Under the pieces are notes generated by a model. The model was given only the letters and a program-made list of their open reading frames with translations, ran no database searches and was not told the DNA's origin. A DNA stretch of 64,000 bases from Candidatus Moraniibacteriota bacterium. GTDB taxonomy: Bacteria > Patescibacteriota > Minisyncoccia > Moranbacterales > UBA2206. Shown here piece by piece: positions 27,765 to 35,788 of this stretch. Numbering within the stretch: the first letter of the stretch is position 1; each line of letters begins with the position of its first letter. The position numbers and the translations under genes were made by a program. The stretch covers positions 8,594 to 72,593 of the forward strand of contig JBAQNU010000004.1 of the NCBI GenBank assembly GCA_049304095.1. Reading direction: 5' to 3'.

Positions 27765-28893
27765 TAGTCATTTCTTGCGAGTTGCGCAAGACGGAAAGAT
27801 CGATTTGTTCGCCTTTTTTATGCTTGTATAATAAATCAGGCAAAGAATGCGTTTGGTCTATTTTCTCACCAGCCACAGCGATAATAATGTCGTTTAGTTT
27901 TAGTCCGGCTTTGGCAGCACTGGAGTTGGCAATAATGGCGAGACCTTGTTGCGCTGAAGGAGAATAGATAAGCGCGCCAGATTCTGTTGGCAAGCCATTC
28001 ACCAGTGCGTACGACTTAGTAATAGAACGATGGTAGATTCCCAAGATTGGATTAGTACCAAGCTCTTTGCGAATTTCCTTATCGAGCACCGTTTTGATTT
28101 TGTTGGCCGGGATTTGGAAATACACATTTTTGCCATCACGCACATTGGCGCCAGTGAGAGCAATCGCTTGACCGGAATAGTCCACAATCGGTCCGCCGAC
28201 ATAATTTTCTCCGCGACCGAGATCAGTTTCGAAAACGCCTTCCATTTTTTCTGAAGAAGCAATCGCATTTTCAGATAAATTGTATTCGTAGTTGAGATTG
28301 CCCAAAATTCCGGCAGCAAAAAAAGAATTATAGGCTCCAGAGTTGTTGCCAATAGCAATAATTTTTTGACCGGAAATGACATCGTCCGAATTGCCAAAAG
28401 AAATTGCCGGGAGATTACTAGCATTAATTTTCAAAAAAGCTAGGTTGCTATAGGAATCAGTGTCCACCAGCGTCGCGTCATAGACATTATTGTCACTGGT
28501 TATAACCTTATAGCTAGCATTTTCCAAAAAAACTGCACTAGCATAGGTCATGACGAGCCCATCGCTTGTCGCGATAAGTCCGGTGCCATTTTTGATTGTC
28601 ATTGACGCTGGCAATTTTTTGTCTGCAGACACACCCGTGGAAGAAATGATGTTTACCACCGAAGGAGCTACTTGACTGGCAATCTTGCTAACTGAAACAT
28701 CTTCTTTGACAAAGACTTGCTCGGTCTTGTTGATGATGGTCACGTCTTCCGAGGCTTTTTTGAAAAAAGTATATTTAGCAAAAAATTTGGTCGCCGCCAA
28801 ATGAGGGAAAATAAAACGATCAGCTACGACTCCACTAATCCCGGCCACAATGATGACGCCCAATACAAATAATAGTTGTTTTAGCTTACTCAT
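27748..28893 (-). CDS. HtrA/DegP-family paralogue with PDZ domain but all three catalytic residues replaced (pseudo-protease)
   Basis: The residues that align with the H, D and S of the neighbouring active HtrA are substituted. NKHVV becomes TYASAV, DIAVIKID becomes NLAFLKIN, and GNSGGP becomes ENYVGGP. Confidence 0.7.
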   Translation of the reverse strand: MSKLKQLLFVLGVIIVAGISGVVADRFIFPHLAATKFFAKYTFFKKASEDVTIINKTEQVFVKEDVSVSKIASQVAPSVVNIISSTGVSADKKLPASMTIKNGTGLIATSDGLVMTYASAVFLENASYKVITSDNNVYDATLVDTDSYSNLAFLKINASNLPAISFGNSDDVISGQKIIAIGNNSGAYNSFFAAGILGNLNYEYNLSENAIASSEKMEGVFETDLGRGENYVGGPIVDYSGQAIALTGANVRDGKNVYFQIPANKIKTVLDKEIRKELGTNPILGIYHRSITKSYALVNGLPTESGALIYSPSAQQGLAIIANSSAAKAGLKLNDIIIAVAGEKIDQTHSLPDLLYKHKKGEQIDLSVLRNSQEMTISVAL

Positions 28894-28917
28894 AAATTGA
28901 AATTATAACTTAAATTA

Positions 28918-29667
28918 TTAGATTACTGGGATCCATTTGGAAGTCAAAAGAATAATGAGAACCAGGAAAGAAAACAAAACTGCGCTAGAAATTGCCCTTT
29001 TTTGGCTTAGAATGTCCAGGAAATGACACTGGATGATGTCCCAGAGCATATAATAGAGTATAAGAGCAATTACGCCTGTGGTCAAATAGCCAAACGGCCA
29101 AAAAGTCATTGACCAAATTAGCTCCATCATGGCGAGACTAAGCAAAAAACTATATAGCCAAACAGTATTTCCTTGATCAGGACCGATAATGGAGAAATAT
29201 TGATAGCTAACGAAAAGTGTGATAAGAAAATAGGCTAGCATCAGCACATAGAGTGGAACCAGAAAATTCAAATACAGTCCATAGGCGCTGGCATAGGCAA
29301 AAAAAATCGTAGTTGAGGTGGCGGCCATATTCATCCCTCTGGCGGTTTGATCCTTCTCATATGCCCCCAAACGACTGGCGCCAAAAATAGCCAGATAATA
29401 CATTCCACTAGCGAGCAAAATAAAAGCTTGCTGTTCATAGAAAAGTCCGATGAGATAGAGCAAGGCCACGGAAGAAAGGGCGAAGAAAAAAGGCAAGACA
29501 GCAAACTTCCATTTTGTTCCAATATTTTTCCCTTCTCGCAGGGAAAACAACAACAAAAGAACGGTAATCGCAATCACCCAATTAGTCTCGCTGCGCACAA
29601 AAATTATCGCCTCAAGGCTCAAGAAAAACAGCAGGCTATAGAAAAATAAACGCAGCTTTAGAAACAT
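28918..29667 (-). CDS. polytopic membrane protein (249 aa)
   Basis: About 8 TM helices. Lies between the two HtrA genes, 1 nt from the upstream gene. Confidence 0.5.
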   Translation of the reverse strand: MFLKLRLFFYSLLFFLSLEAIIFVRSETNWVIAITVLLLLFSLREGKNIGTKWKFAVLPFFFALSSVALLYLIGLFYEQQAFILLASGMYYLAIFGASRLGAYEKDQTARGMNMAATSTTIFFAYASAYGLYLNFLVPLYVLMLAYFLITLFVSYQYFSIIGPDQGNTVWLYSFLLSLAMMELIWSMTFWPFGYLTTGVIALILYYMLWDIIQCHFLDILSQKRAISSAVLFSFLVLIILLTSKWIPVI

Positions 29668-29668
29668 A

Positions 29669-30970
29669 TTAATTTTTTCTTTCTTCCAATTTTACTTTAA
29701 CATCTTTTGCATCTCCTTTATGCCAAACCTTCAGAGTTGCTTCGTCGCCCACATTCAGCTTGGAGACTAAATTGACTAAACTATTTTTATCATCAATTTT
29801 TGTACTATTTATTTCCAAAATAACATCATTCTCTACGATCCCCGCTTTGTCCGCCGGAGAACCAGGAACAACCGCAAAATCAGTCATGGATTGCCCCCGC
29901 AAAACCAAAACACCATAATCAAAAGAAAGGTTAAGTTGTTTTTGTAGCACCGCATCAATGGGGATATAACGCACTCCAAGATAGGGCGTGGAAATTTTTC
30001 CCGTTTGTTTGACTTGATTGGTCACTTTTTTGACTTGCGCCGCTGGAATGGCAAAGCCGACGTTTTGCGCGCCCTGGGCCATTGCCACGTTGATGCCAAT
30101 CACATTTCCCGCAATATCCAACAGCGGTCCGCCAGAATTACCTGGATTAATTGCTGCGTCAGTCTGGATAATGTTGCTCAGCTGTTCACTTTCTCCTGAA
30201 TTTCCGCCAGCCGTTAGATTTCTTTTGAGACCGGAAATTATGCCTTTGCTCACTGTGTTAGAAAATTCTCCCAAAGAATTGCCAATTGCTACCACGGTCT
30301 GACCGATCTTCAAAGAATCCGAATCGCCAAAATTGAGCGTGGGAAAATTGGTTCCGTCAATTTTAATGACAGCAATATCATTCACAGGGTCTCGCGCCAA
30401 AACTTTAGCCACATATTCCTTGCCATCATTAGTCATCACCGTATAGTCCGCACTCGTATCGGAAACAACGTGCTTGTTGGTTACAATCATTCCGTCGGAT
30501 GTAATGATAAAGCCAGTTCCTCCGCCGATTTTTTCTTTTTGCGTTGCACCTCCGGCGGAATCATCCTGACCAGTCCCCATTCCGCTACCATCACCAAAAA
30601 AACCAAACGGATCAAAAAACCTGTTTTGCAATTTAGGAATATCTTTGCTGATTATAATGCTAACCACCGCCGGCGTCGATTTTTCCACCACATCAATCAC
30701 AGCCGAATCTTCTTCCACAATTTTCTCTCGCGAAACAGTCGAATCGTTTTTTGCCGCGCTTTTGCCAGCAGTTCCGAAAATTTCAGGCAACTTTTTCGAA
30801 AGACTGAGCGACAACTTATTGCCAAAGCCTCCCGCTACAAAGCCAAATAGCGCTCCAAAAGTAGCTGAAACGAACACAACTAGAAGTAGCGTAAAAATAA
30901 GATAGACTATCCGCGAACGTCCTTGTTTTTTTTCTATTGGTTTTTCTAATTTAATTTCTTCGTTTTCCAT
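29669..30970 (-). CDS. HtrA/DegP trypsin-like serine protease with PDZ domain
   Basis: TGFIITSDGMIVTNKHVV (His), DIAVIKID (Asp), GNSGGPLLD (Ser) and a C-terminal PDZ domain. N-terminal TM anchor. Confidence 0.85.
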   Translation of the reverse strand: MENEEIKLEKPIEKKQGRSRIVYLIFTLLLVVFVSATFGALFGFVAGGFGNKLSLSLSKKLPEIFGTAGKSAAKNDSTVSREKIVEEDSAVIDVVEKSTPAVVSIIISKDIPKLQNRFFDPFGFFGDGSGMGTGQDDSAGGATQKEKIGGGTGFIITSDGMIVTNKHVVSDTSADYTVMTNDGKEYVAKVLARDPVNDIAVIKIDGTNFPTLNFGDSDSLKIGQTVVAIGNSLGEFSNTVSKGIISGLKRNLTAGGNSGESEQLSNIIQTDAAINPGNSGGPLLDIAGNVIGINVAMAQGAQNVGFAIPAAQVKKVTNQVKQTGKISTPYLGVRYIPIDAVLQKQLNLSFDYGVLVLRGQSMTDFAVVPGSPADKAGIVENDVILEINSTKIDDKNSLVNLVSKLNVGDEATLKVWHKGDAKDVKVKLEERKN

Positions 30971-31060
30971 ATATTTAAGCGTTAATCATTTTTTGAAATT
31001 ATTATGGCTGCCCTTCTTTTGCAGAAGAGCAGAAAAATTTTTCCAAGCTACACTCTCTTT

Positions 31061-31243
31061 CTATTCTTCCATAGAAATTGCGCTCACTGGGCAACTATCG
31101 ATCACGTTTTGGCAATCACACTCACCGCAATCCTCCGCAATCACTTTGGATTTTCCGTCCTCAATTTTGAAAACTTCTGGACAAAGAGATTCGCAGGTTC
31201 CACAACCAATGCAAAGGTCTTCGTTGACTTTGGCTTTTGACAT
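31061..31243 (-). CDS. 4Fe-4S ferredoxin
   Basis: CIGCGTCESLCP ... CGECDCQ ... CP cysteine pattern, 60 aa. Confidence 0.8.
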   Translation of the reverse strand: MSKAKVNEDLCIGCGTCESLCPEVFKIEDGKSKVIAEDCGECDCQNVIDSCPVSAISMEE

Positions 31244-31273
31244 ATTATTTATTTTTAAAAATTAACTAATTAG

Positions 31274-32323
31274 CTAGAACAAAACAGAAATATCTCCGGG
31301 GGAATTTTTACTGAGGTTTTCTTCGAAATTTTTCAAATCCGCATTGCGAAATTCAACTTGCCCATTGTTTTTGTTCCAAAATAGGTCTTTGGCCAAAACA
31401 TGAATGTTCATTTTTTTCTCCGTCTCAAACAACCAATCGGAAAAATTCAATGTGCGCACGAAAATTTGCTTCAATTTGAGCTTGGGCACATCCCCTTCTG
31501 TCTTTTGATCCTCTACTAGAATAATGTGATAACCCAGTTGACTTTCGATAACATCACTCATGGCGCCTTTTTTCAGACTAAAAACAGTATTGGCAATTTC
31601 CGGCAGCATCTCTATTGCACTAAACCAACCCAGCTCGCCATCATTTTTCACACTCTCTCCCTCAGAATATTTTTTGACTGTTTCGGTGAAATCCTTTCCG
31701 CCTTTCAAATCCCCAAGCGCCGTCTCAATCTTATTTTTTGCCGTTTTAGTTTTCGCATCATTTTCACGCAAATTGGCCGACAGCTTTTCCCTGTACATAT
31801 CCGGCTTCACAATATTATTTTCAAAATCAGCGATTGTCCAGCCATAGAGCTTGGCCAAATTATTTTTGAGATATTCCTCGCTGTCATAGGCTTTCATCTG
31901 GCGAGAAACTTCTTGAGAAATGTCTTCCGCGCTCAATTTCAAACCTCTGCTCACAGCCTCGTTTTCGATTATCCGATTTTCAATCAACTTGTTTAGGATA
32001 TTTTTTTCCTTGATTTTTAGCCGTTTTTTTCCATCTTCGGTGGCAAAATCAACCCGCATACCAATATCAGAGAAATCCTGATGCTCATAGAACATACGCG
32101 CAGAATTAAGGCTATCTTTCAACTCAGCCATAGAGATGAAGTTCGCGCCCCAAAACGCTGCCGGATATGGCACATAGACAGCCGTTTTTTGCACGATTTT
32201 ATTTGTGCTGTCAAAAGCATAGAGTAAAACCGCGTTAGCTACTAAATATAGTCCGAGAAAAATGAGTAGGCCCCATAGGACCACTTGCACTTTTATTTTT
32301 TTCTCGTTTGATTTTTCTTGCAT
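31274..32323 (-). CDS. parvulin-type peptidyl-prolyl isomerase (PrsA/SurA-like foldase), membrane anchored
   Basis: N-terminal TM. Parvulin domain DGELGWFS...LGYHIILVED. Confidence 0.75.
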   Translation of the reverse strand: MQEKSNEKKIKVQVVLWGLLIFLGLYLVANAVLLYAFDSTNKIVQKTAVYVPYPAAFWGANFISMAELKDSLNSARMFYEHQDFSDIGMRVDFATEDGKKRLKIKEKNILNKLIENRIIENEAVSRGLKLSAEDISQEVSRQMKAYDSEEYLKNNLAKLYGWTIADFENNIVKPDMYREKLSANLRENDAKTKTAKNKIETALGDLKGGKDFTETVKKYSEGESVKNDGELGWFSAIEMLPEIANTVFSLKKGAMSDVIESQLGYHIILVEDQKTEGDVPKLKLKQIFVRTLNFSDWLFETEKKMNIHVLAKDLFWNKNNGQVEFRNADLKNFEENLSKNSPGDISVLF

Positions 32324-32343
32324 AATCGCAAATTACTAGCAAA

Positions 32344-32754
32344 TTAATATTTGAAAAAATAGTTCCACCATTTTTCCGGATTAGTTGTTTTGACTACCAG
32401 CTTTTGACTTTCTGGTGCTTGATTTTTTTCGTTATTAGTAGCGGCCTTCCCTGTTGGGCTGGATTTGACAATTACCACGTTTTCCTCGGGACTTTGCAAA
32501 TTCAATTTATCGCGAATCTCCTTTTCTTGATAATCCCGTCCTTCCAGATAGGTCAACTTATCCGCTAGGCGCGAATTATCCACCTGGATTTTTTTGGCCT
32601 CTTCTTCCAGCGCGCTAATTTCTTTTTGAATCTGTTTTTTGCGATAGGTCTCCTTGACGATTGCGAGAATAATGAAAACCAAAGCCACCAAGCCCAAAAA
32701 AACAATGAGCCGCACTAGCCACGAATTTTCCCTCGCCTCTTCTTTGTCTCGCAT
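32344..32754 (-). CDS. FtsB/DivIC-like septum formation initiator
   Basis: N-terminal TM, then a heptad coiled coil (IQKEISALEEEAKKIQVDNSRLADKLTYLE). Confidence 0.55.
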   Translation of the reverse strand: MRDKEEARENSWLVRLIVFLGLVALVFIILAIVKETYRKKQIQKEISALEEEAKKIQVDNSRLADKLTYLEGRDYQEKEIRDKLNLQSPEENVVIVKSSPTGKAATNNEKNQAPESQKLVVKTTNPEKWWNYFFKY

Positions 32755-32755
32755 A

Positions 32756-32875
32756 TTATTGTCCCAACATCGAAAGTGCCGGAGCGATTGTGAAGGCTAC
32801 CATAGATAATACGGCCAGGATGGAAATCACGACCCAAATCCGATATATTTTTTTGTTACGTTTTTTGAAACTCAT
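32756..32875 (-). CDS. unannotated 39-aa single-TM small protein
   Basis: MSFKKRNKKIYRIWVVISILAVLSMVAFTIAPALSMLGQ. Its stop is 1 nt before the ftsB-like start. It is below the size cutoff of the ORF track. Confidence 0.3.
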   Translation of the reverse strand: MSFKKRNKKIYRIWVVISILAVLSMVAFTIAPALSMLGQ

Positions 32876-32926
32876 AGAGAAATTATAGCAAATTAATAAC
32901 TAAAGGACAAATTTTTTATTTATATC

Positions 32927-33079
32927 CCCTTCTCCCTCCGGGAGAAGGTGGCCGAAGGCCGGATGAGGGAGCTTTCAATATCATCAACGTTTTAATTCAA
33001 CTGTTACATTTTCTTTTCATTAGTGAGAACCCTCACCTGTCACGTGCTCGTGACATCCTCTCCCGGAGGGCGAGGAGGA
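32927..33079. other. GC-rich multi-hairpin intergenic region (candidate structured RNA / terminators / palindromic elements)
   Basis: ccttctccc-tcc-gggagaagg (9-bp stem), ggcc-gaa-ggcc (UUCG tetraloop on the minus strand), gtcacg-tgct-cgtgac, and cctctcccggagggcgaggagg. Much higher GC than the surroundings. Confidence 0.5.
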
Positions 33080-33086
33080 ATTTTGC

Positions 33087-34958
33087 CTATTTTTTCAAAA
33101 CCGCCAAAAATGCCTCCGATGGAATAGCCACTTTTCCAATGTTTTTCATCTTCTTTTTGCCTTTTTTCTGCTTTTCCAAAAGCTTTCTTTTTCTGGTGAT
33201 GTCTCCGCCATAAAGGCCACTAGTCACATCTTTGCGAAAAGCTTTGACAGTTTCACGTGCCAAGACTTTTCCGCCAATCGCCGCTTGAATGGCTATTTGG
33301 AAATTTTGCCGTGGAATGGAATCTTTCAATTTTTCCACAATGCGCTTGCCTTCACTGAACGCCCAAATTTTTGGCACAATGCGCGAAAAAGCTTCCACTT
33401 TTTCCTCAGCAATTATAATATCTAATTTGATAAGTTCATTGGCCCGATAGTCAGAAAGTTCATAATTCATTGAAGCGTAACCGGAAGAAGCGCTTTTGAG
33501 ATCATCATGCAAATTTGTAATGACATCCGTCAACGGACAATCAAATTTCAAAATCATCCGTTCGCTGTTGAGATATTCCGTATCAAGATACTGCGCGCGC
33601 GTATTTCGCATCATTTCCATGATCACACCGAGATAGCTTGATGGCGAAACAATTTCTAGATGCACATAGGGCTCAAAAATCGCTTCAATGGCGGAAGGGT
33701 CGGGCAATTCTGAGGGCGAATAGACTTTCAGGCGCTGCTCATTACTTTTGCCAACCAATTGAATTTCATAGACCACGCCAGGAGTCGTTATGGTTGGGCT
33801 GAGTTCAAATTCCGCTTCCAGACGAGCTTGGATTATTTCCAGGTGAAGTAGGCCCAAAAATCCGCAACGAAAACCCCGGCCAAGCGCCAGATTGCTTTCT
33901 GGCTCAAAAACAAATGCCGCGTCGTTCAATTTCAACTTAGAAAGTGCGTCGCGCATTAAATTATAATCATCGCCAGAAGTGGGATAGAATGAAGCATAAA
34001 CCATTGGACTGACTTCGCGATACCCTGGCAATTTTTCGATTTGTTTTTCAAATTTCGATAGTGTGACAGTATCGCCCACCTTGCAAAATTCCACACTTTT
34101 GAATCCCGTTGCAATGTAGCCAATTTCGCCAACTTTTAGCTTCGCTGTTTTTTGAAAGGCAGGCTTGAAATAGCCCACCTCAATCACGTCACTCTTGGCA
34201 CCAGTCGCCAGCATCAAGATTTCTTCTTCGGCGGAAATTCCCCCGTCAATCACGCGCACATAGGCTAGCACTCCTTTATAGGTGTCGTATTTCGAATCAA
34301 AAACAAGCGCACGCAAAGGTTTCGTTTCATCTCCACTCGGCGCTGGCACAACCTCAACAATTCGCTCTAAAAGTTTGTCCACGCCTTCGCCGGTTTTTCC
34401 CGACACTTCCAAAATATCCTCCTCTTTGCAACCAATAATATGCATAATTTCCGCCTTGGTTTTTTCCACGTCAGCATTGGGCAAATCAATTTTATTGGCC
34501 ACGGGAATAATCGTCAAATTATGCTCAATCGCTTGATAGAGGTTAGCCAGCGTCTGTGCCTGCACACCTTTCGTCGCATCCACCAAAAGCACCGCCCCTT
34601 CCACCGCCGCGAGAGAACGCGAAACCTCATAACCAAAATCAACATGCCCAGGAGTATCTATTAAATTTAAAATGTATTTCTCTTGTCCCCTCTCCTTACC
34701 AAGGAGAGGGTTAGGGTGAGGTGAATTTTGTTTGGAATTTGTATCTTGTAACTTGGAATTTTCCGTATGATACTCCATACGGACCGGTTGCATCTTAATC
34801 GTAATCCCCCGCTCACGCTCAAGATCCATCTGATCGAGCAGTTGTTCTTTCATCTTGCGCATCTCAACCGTGCCGGTAATTTCCAGCATTCGATCGGCCA
34901 AGGTCGACTTTCCATGGTCGATGTGGGCAATTATACAGAAATTTCGAATATTTTTCAT
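33087..34958 (-). CDS. lepA: elongation factor 4 (LepA)
   Basis: AHIDHGKST, DTPGH and NKID GTPase motifs plus the LepA C-terminal domain. Carries a roughly 24-aa in-frame insertion relative to canonical LepA before the DTPGH motif. Confidence 0.95.
   Translation of the reverse strand: MKNIRNFCIIAHIDHGKSTLADRMLEITGTVEMRKMKEQLLDQMDLERERGITIKMQPVRMEYHTENSKLQDTNSKQNSPHPNPLLGKERGQEKYILNLIDTPGHVDFGYEVSRSLAAVEGAVLLVDATKGVQAQTLANLYQAIEHNLTIIPVANKIDLPNADVEKTKAEIMHIIGCKEEDILEVSGKTGEGVDKLLERIVEVVPAPSGDETKPLRALVFDSKYDTYKGVLAYVRVIDGGISAEEEILMLATGAKSDVIEVGYFKPAFQKTAKLKVGEIGYIATGFKSVEFCKVGDTVTLSKFEKQIEKLPGYREVSPMVYASFYPTSGDDYNLMRDALSKLKLNDAAFVFEPESNLALGRGFRCGFLGLLHLEIIQARLEAEFELSPTITTPGVVYEIQLVGKSNEQRLKVYSPSELPDPSAIEAIFEPYVHLEIVSPSSYLGVIMEMMRNTRAQYLDTEYLNSERMILKFDCPLTDVITNLHDDLKSASSGYASMNYELSDYRANELIKLDIIIAEEKVEAFSRIVPKIWAFSEGKRIVEKLKDSIPRQNFQIAIQAAIGGKVLARETVKAFRKDVTSGLYGGDITRKRKLLEKQKKGKKKMKNIGKVAIPSEAFLAVLKK
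34689..34709. repeat. perfect 9-bp GC-rich palindrome (cctctcctt-acc-aaggagagg) inside the lepA insertion
   Basis: Seen in the sequence. Encodes part of NSPHPNPLLGKERGQ, which has no equivalent in canonical LepA. Confidence 0.8.
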
Positions 34959-35181
34959 AAATTTAATTAACTAACTTCCTGATTTTAACCTATTTTCAGC
35001 CAAAAAGCAATGGCTAGAATTAAACTTGATTTTTACTTTATAAAAAGGAAAAAATATGCTACATTGAAAACATACTAAGATGCATTTAATATTCAAAAAT
35101 ATTTCACATAATCTGCAAATCTTTGTCATTATTAAACAAAAAGTTCGTATATAAACGAGTTTAGCTAAAACAAAAAAAATC

Positions 35182-35499
35182 ATGTTCACAATCACATTCC
35201 TGCGCCAATTTAGAATCGGAGAATATGCTATTTTTGATTTTAGCGTAGCATTTTTGGGATTAGCTGTTTTATCCCCTCTGCTTTCATGGTTATGCCGTAA
35301 ACTTTTTAAACTGGAAATTCCTAAAAAGAATTGGGTAATTTTGACTTTACCAATTGGGATTGCGACCCACCTCATCACCGGCCCAGTAACACCAATGACC
35401 AAAAATTTTCTTGATCCAACTGGACACTATTTTTTGAAAATTTTTATCCTGGCTTTGTTGTTTTTCGGACTGCAAAATATTAGGAAGGTTAAGACGTAA
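35182..35499 (+). CDS. small membrane protein
   Basis: 105 aa with 3 hydrophobic helices. Confidence 0.4.
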   Translation: MFTITFLRQFRIGEYAIFDFSVAFLGLAVLSPLLSWLCRKLFKLEIPKKNWVILTLPIGIATHLITGPVTPMTKNFLDPTGHYFLKIFILALLFFGLQNIRKVKT

Positions 35500-35509
35500 T
35501 CAAAAAAAA

Positions 35510-35788
35510 ATGCAAACATTCACTGAAAAAGTCTACGCGGTCGTGAAAAGAATTCCCAAGGGGACGGTTTTGAGCTATTCCCAAGTTGCCGCCTTGGCGG
35601 GCAGTCCCAAAGCTTGGCGCTCTGTAGGCACAATTCTCAACAAAAATGTTGATCCGAGAATTCCCTGTCATCGCGTGATTCGCACAGATGGAACGGCTGG
35701 CGGCTATAACCGTGGCGCAAAAAAGAAAGCCGAAATCCTCAAGGAAGAAGGCTTGTCCTTTTTTGCTCGCAAATATGAAAATATTTAG
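35510..35788 (+). CDS. MGMT-family DNA-binding domain protein (O6-alkylguanine-DNA alkyltransferase-like, PCHRV active-site motif)
   Basis: VYAVVKRIPKGTVLSYSQVA...RIPCHRVI. Only 92 aa and standalone. Confidence 0.75.
   Translation: MQTFTEKVYAVVKRIPKGTVLSYSQVAALAGSPKAWRSVGTILNKNVDPRIPCHRVIRTDGTAGGYNRGAKKKAEILKEEGLSFFARKYENI

Noticed and set aside
32900-33086. tmRNA or SRP RNA in the GC-rich intergenic island
   Set aside because: No tag-peptide reading frame ending in a stop with a tRNA-like acceptor (tmRNA), and no SRP domain IV GGAA/AGCAGCC motifs.
34971-35402. 143-aa minus-strand ORF from the track
   Set aside because: It lies in an AT-rich divergent promoter region between lepA and the plus-strand genes, with a low-complexity translation, and it overlaps the 35182 gene. 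Likely a spurious ORF.
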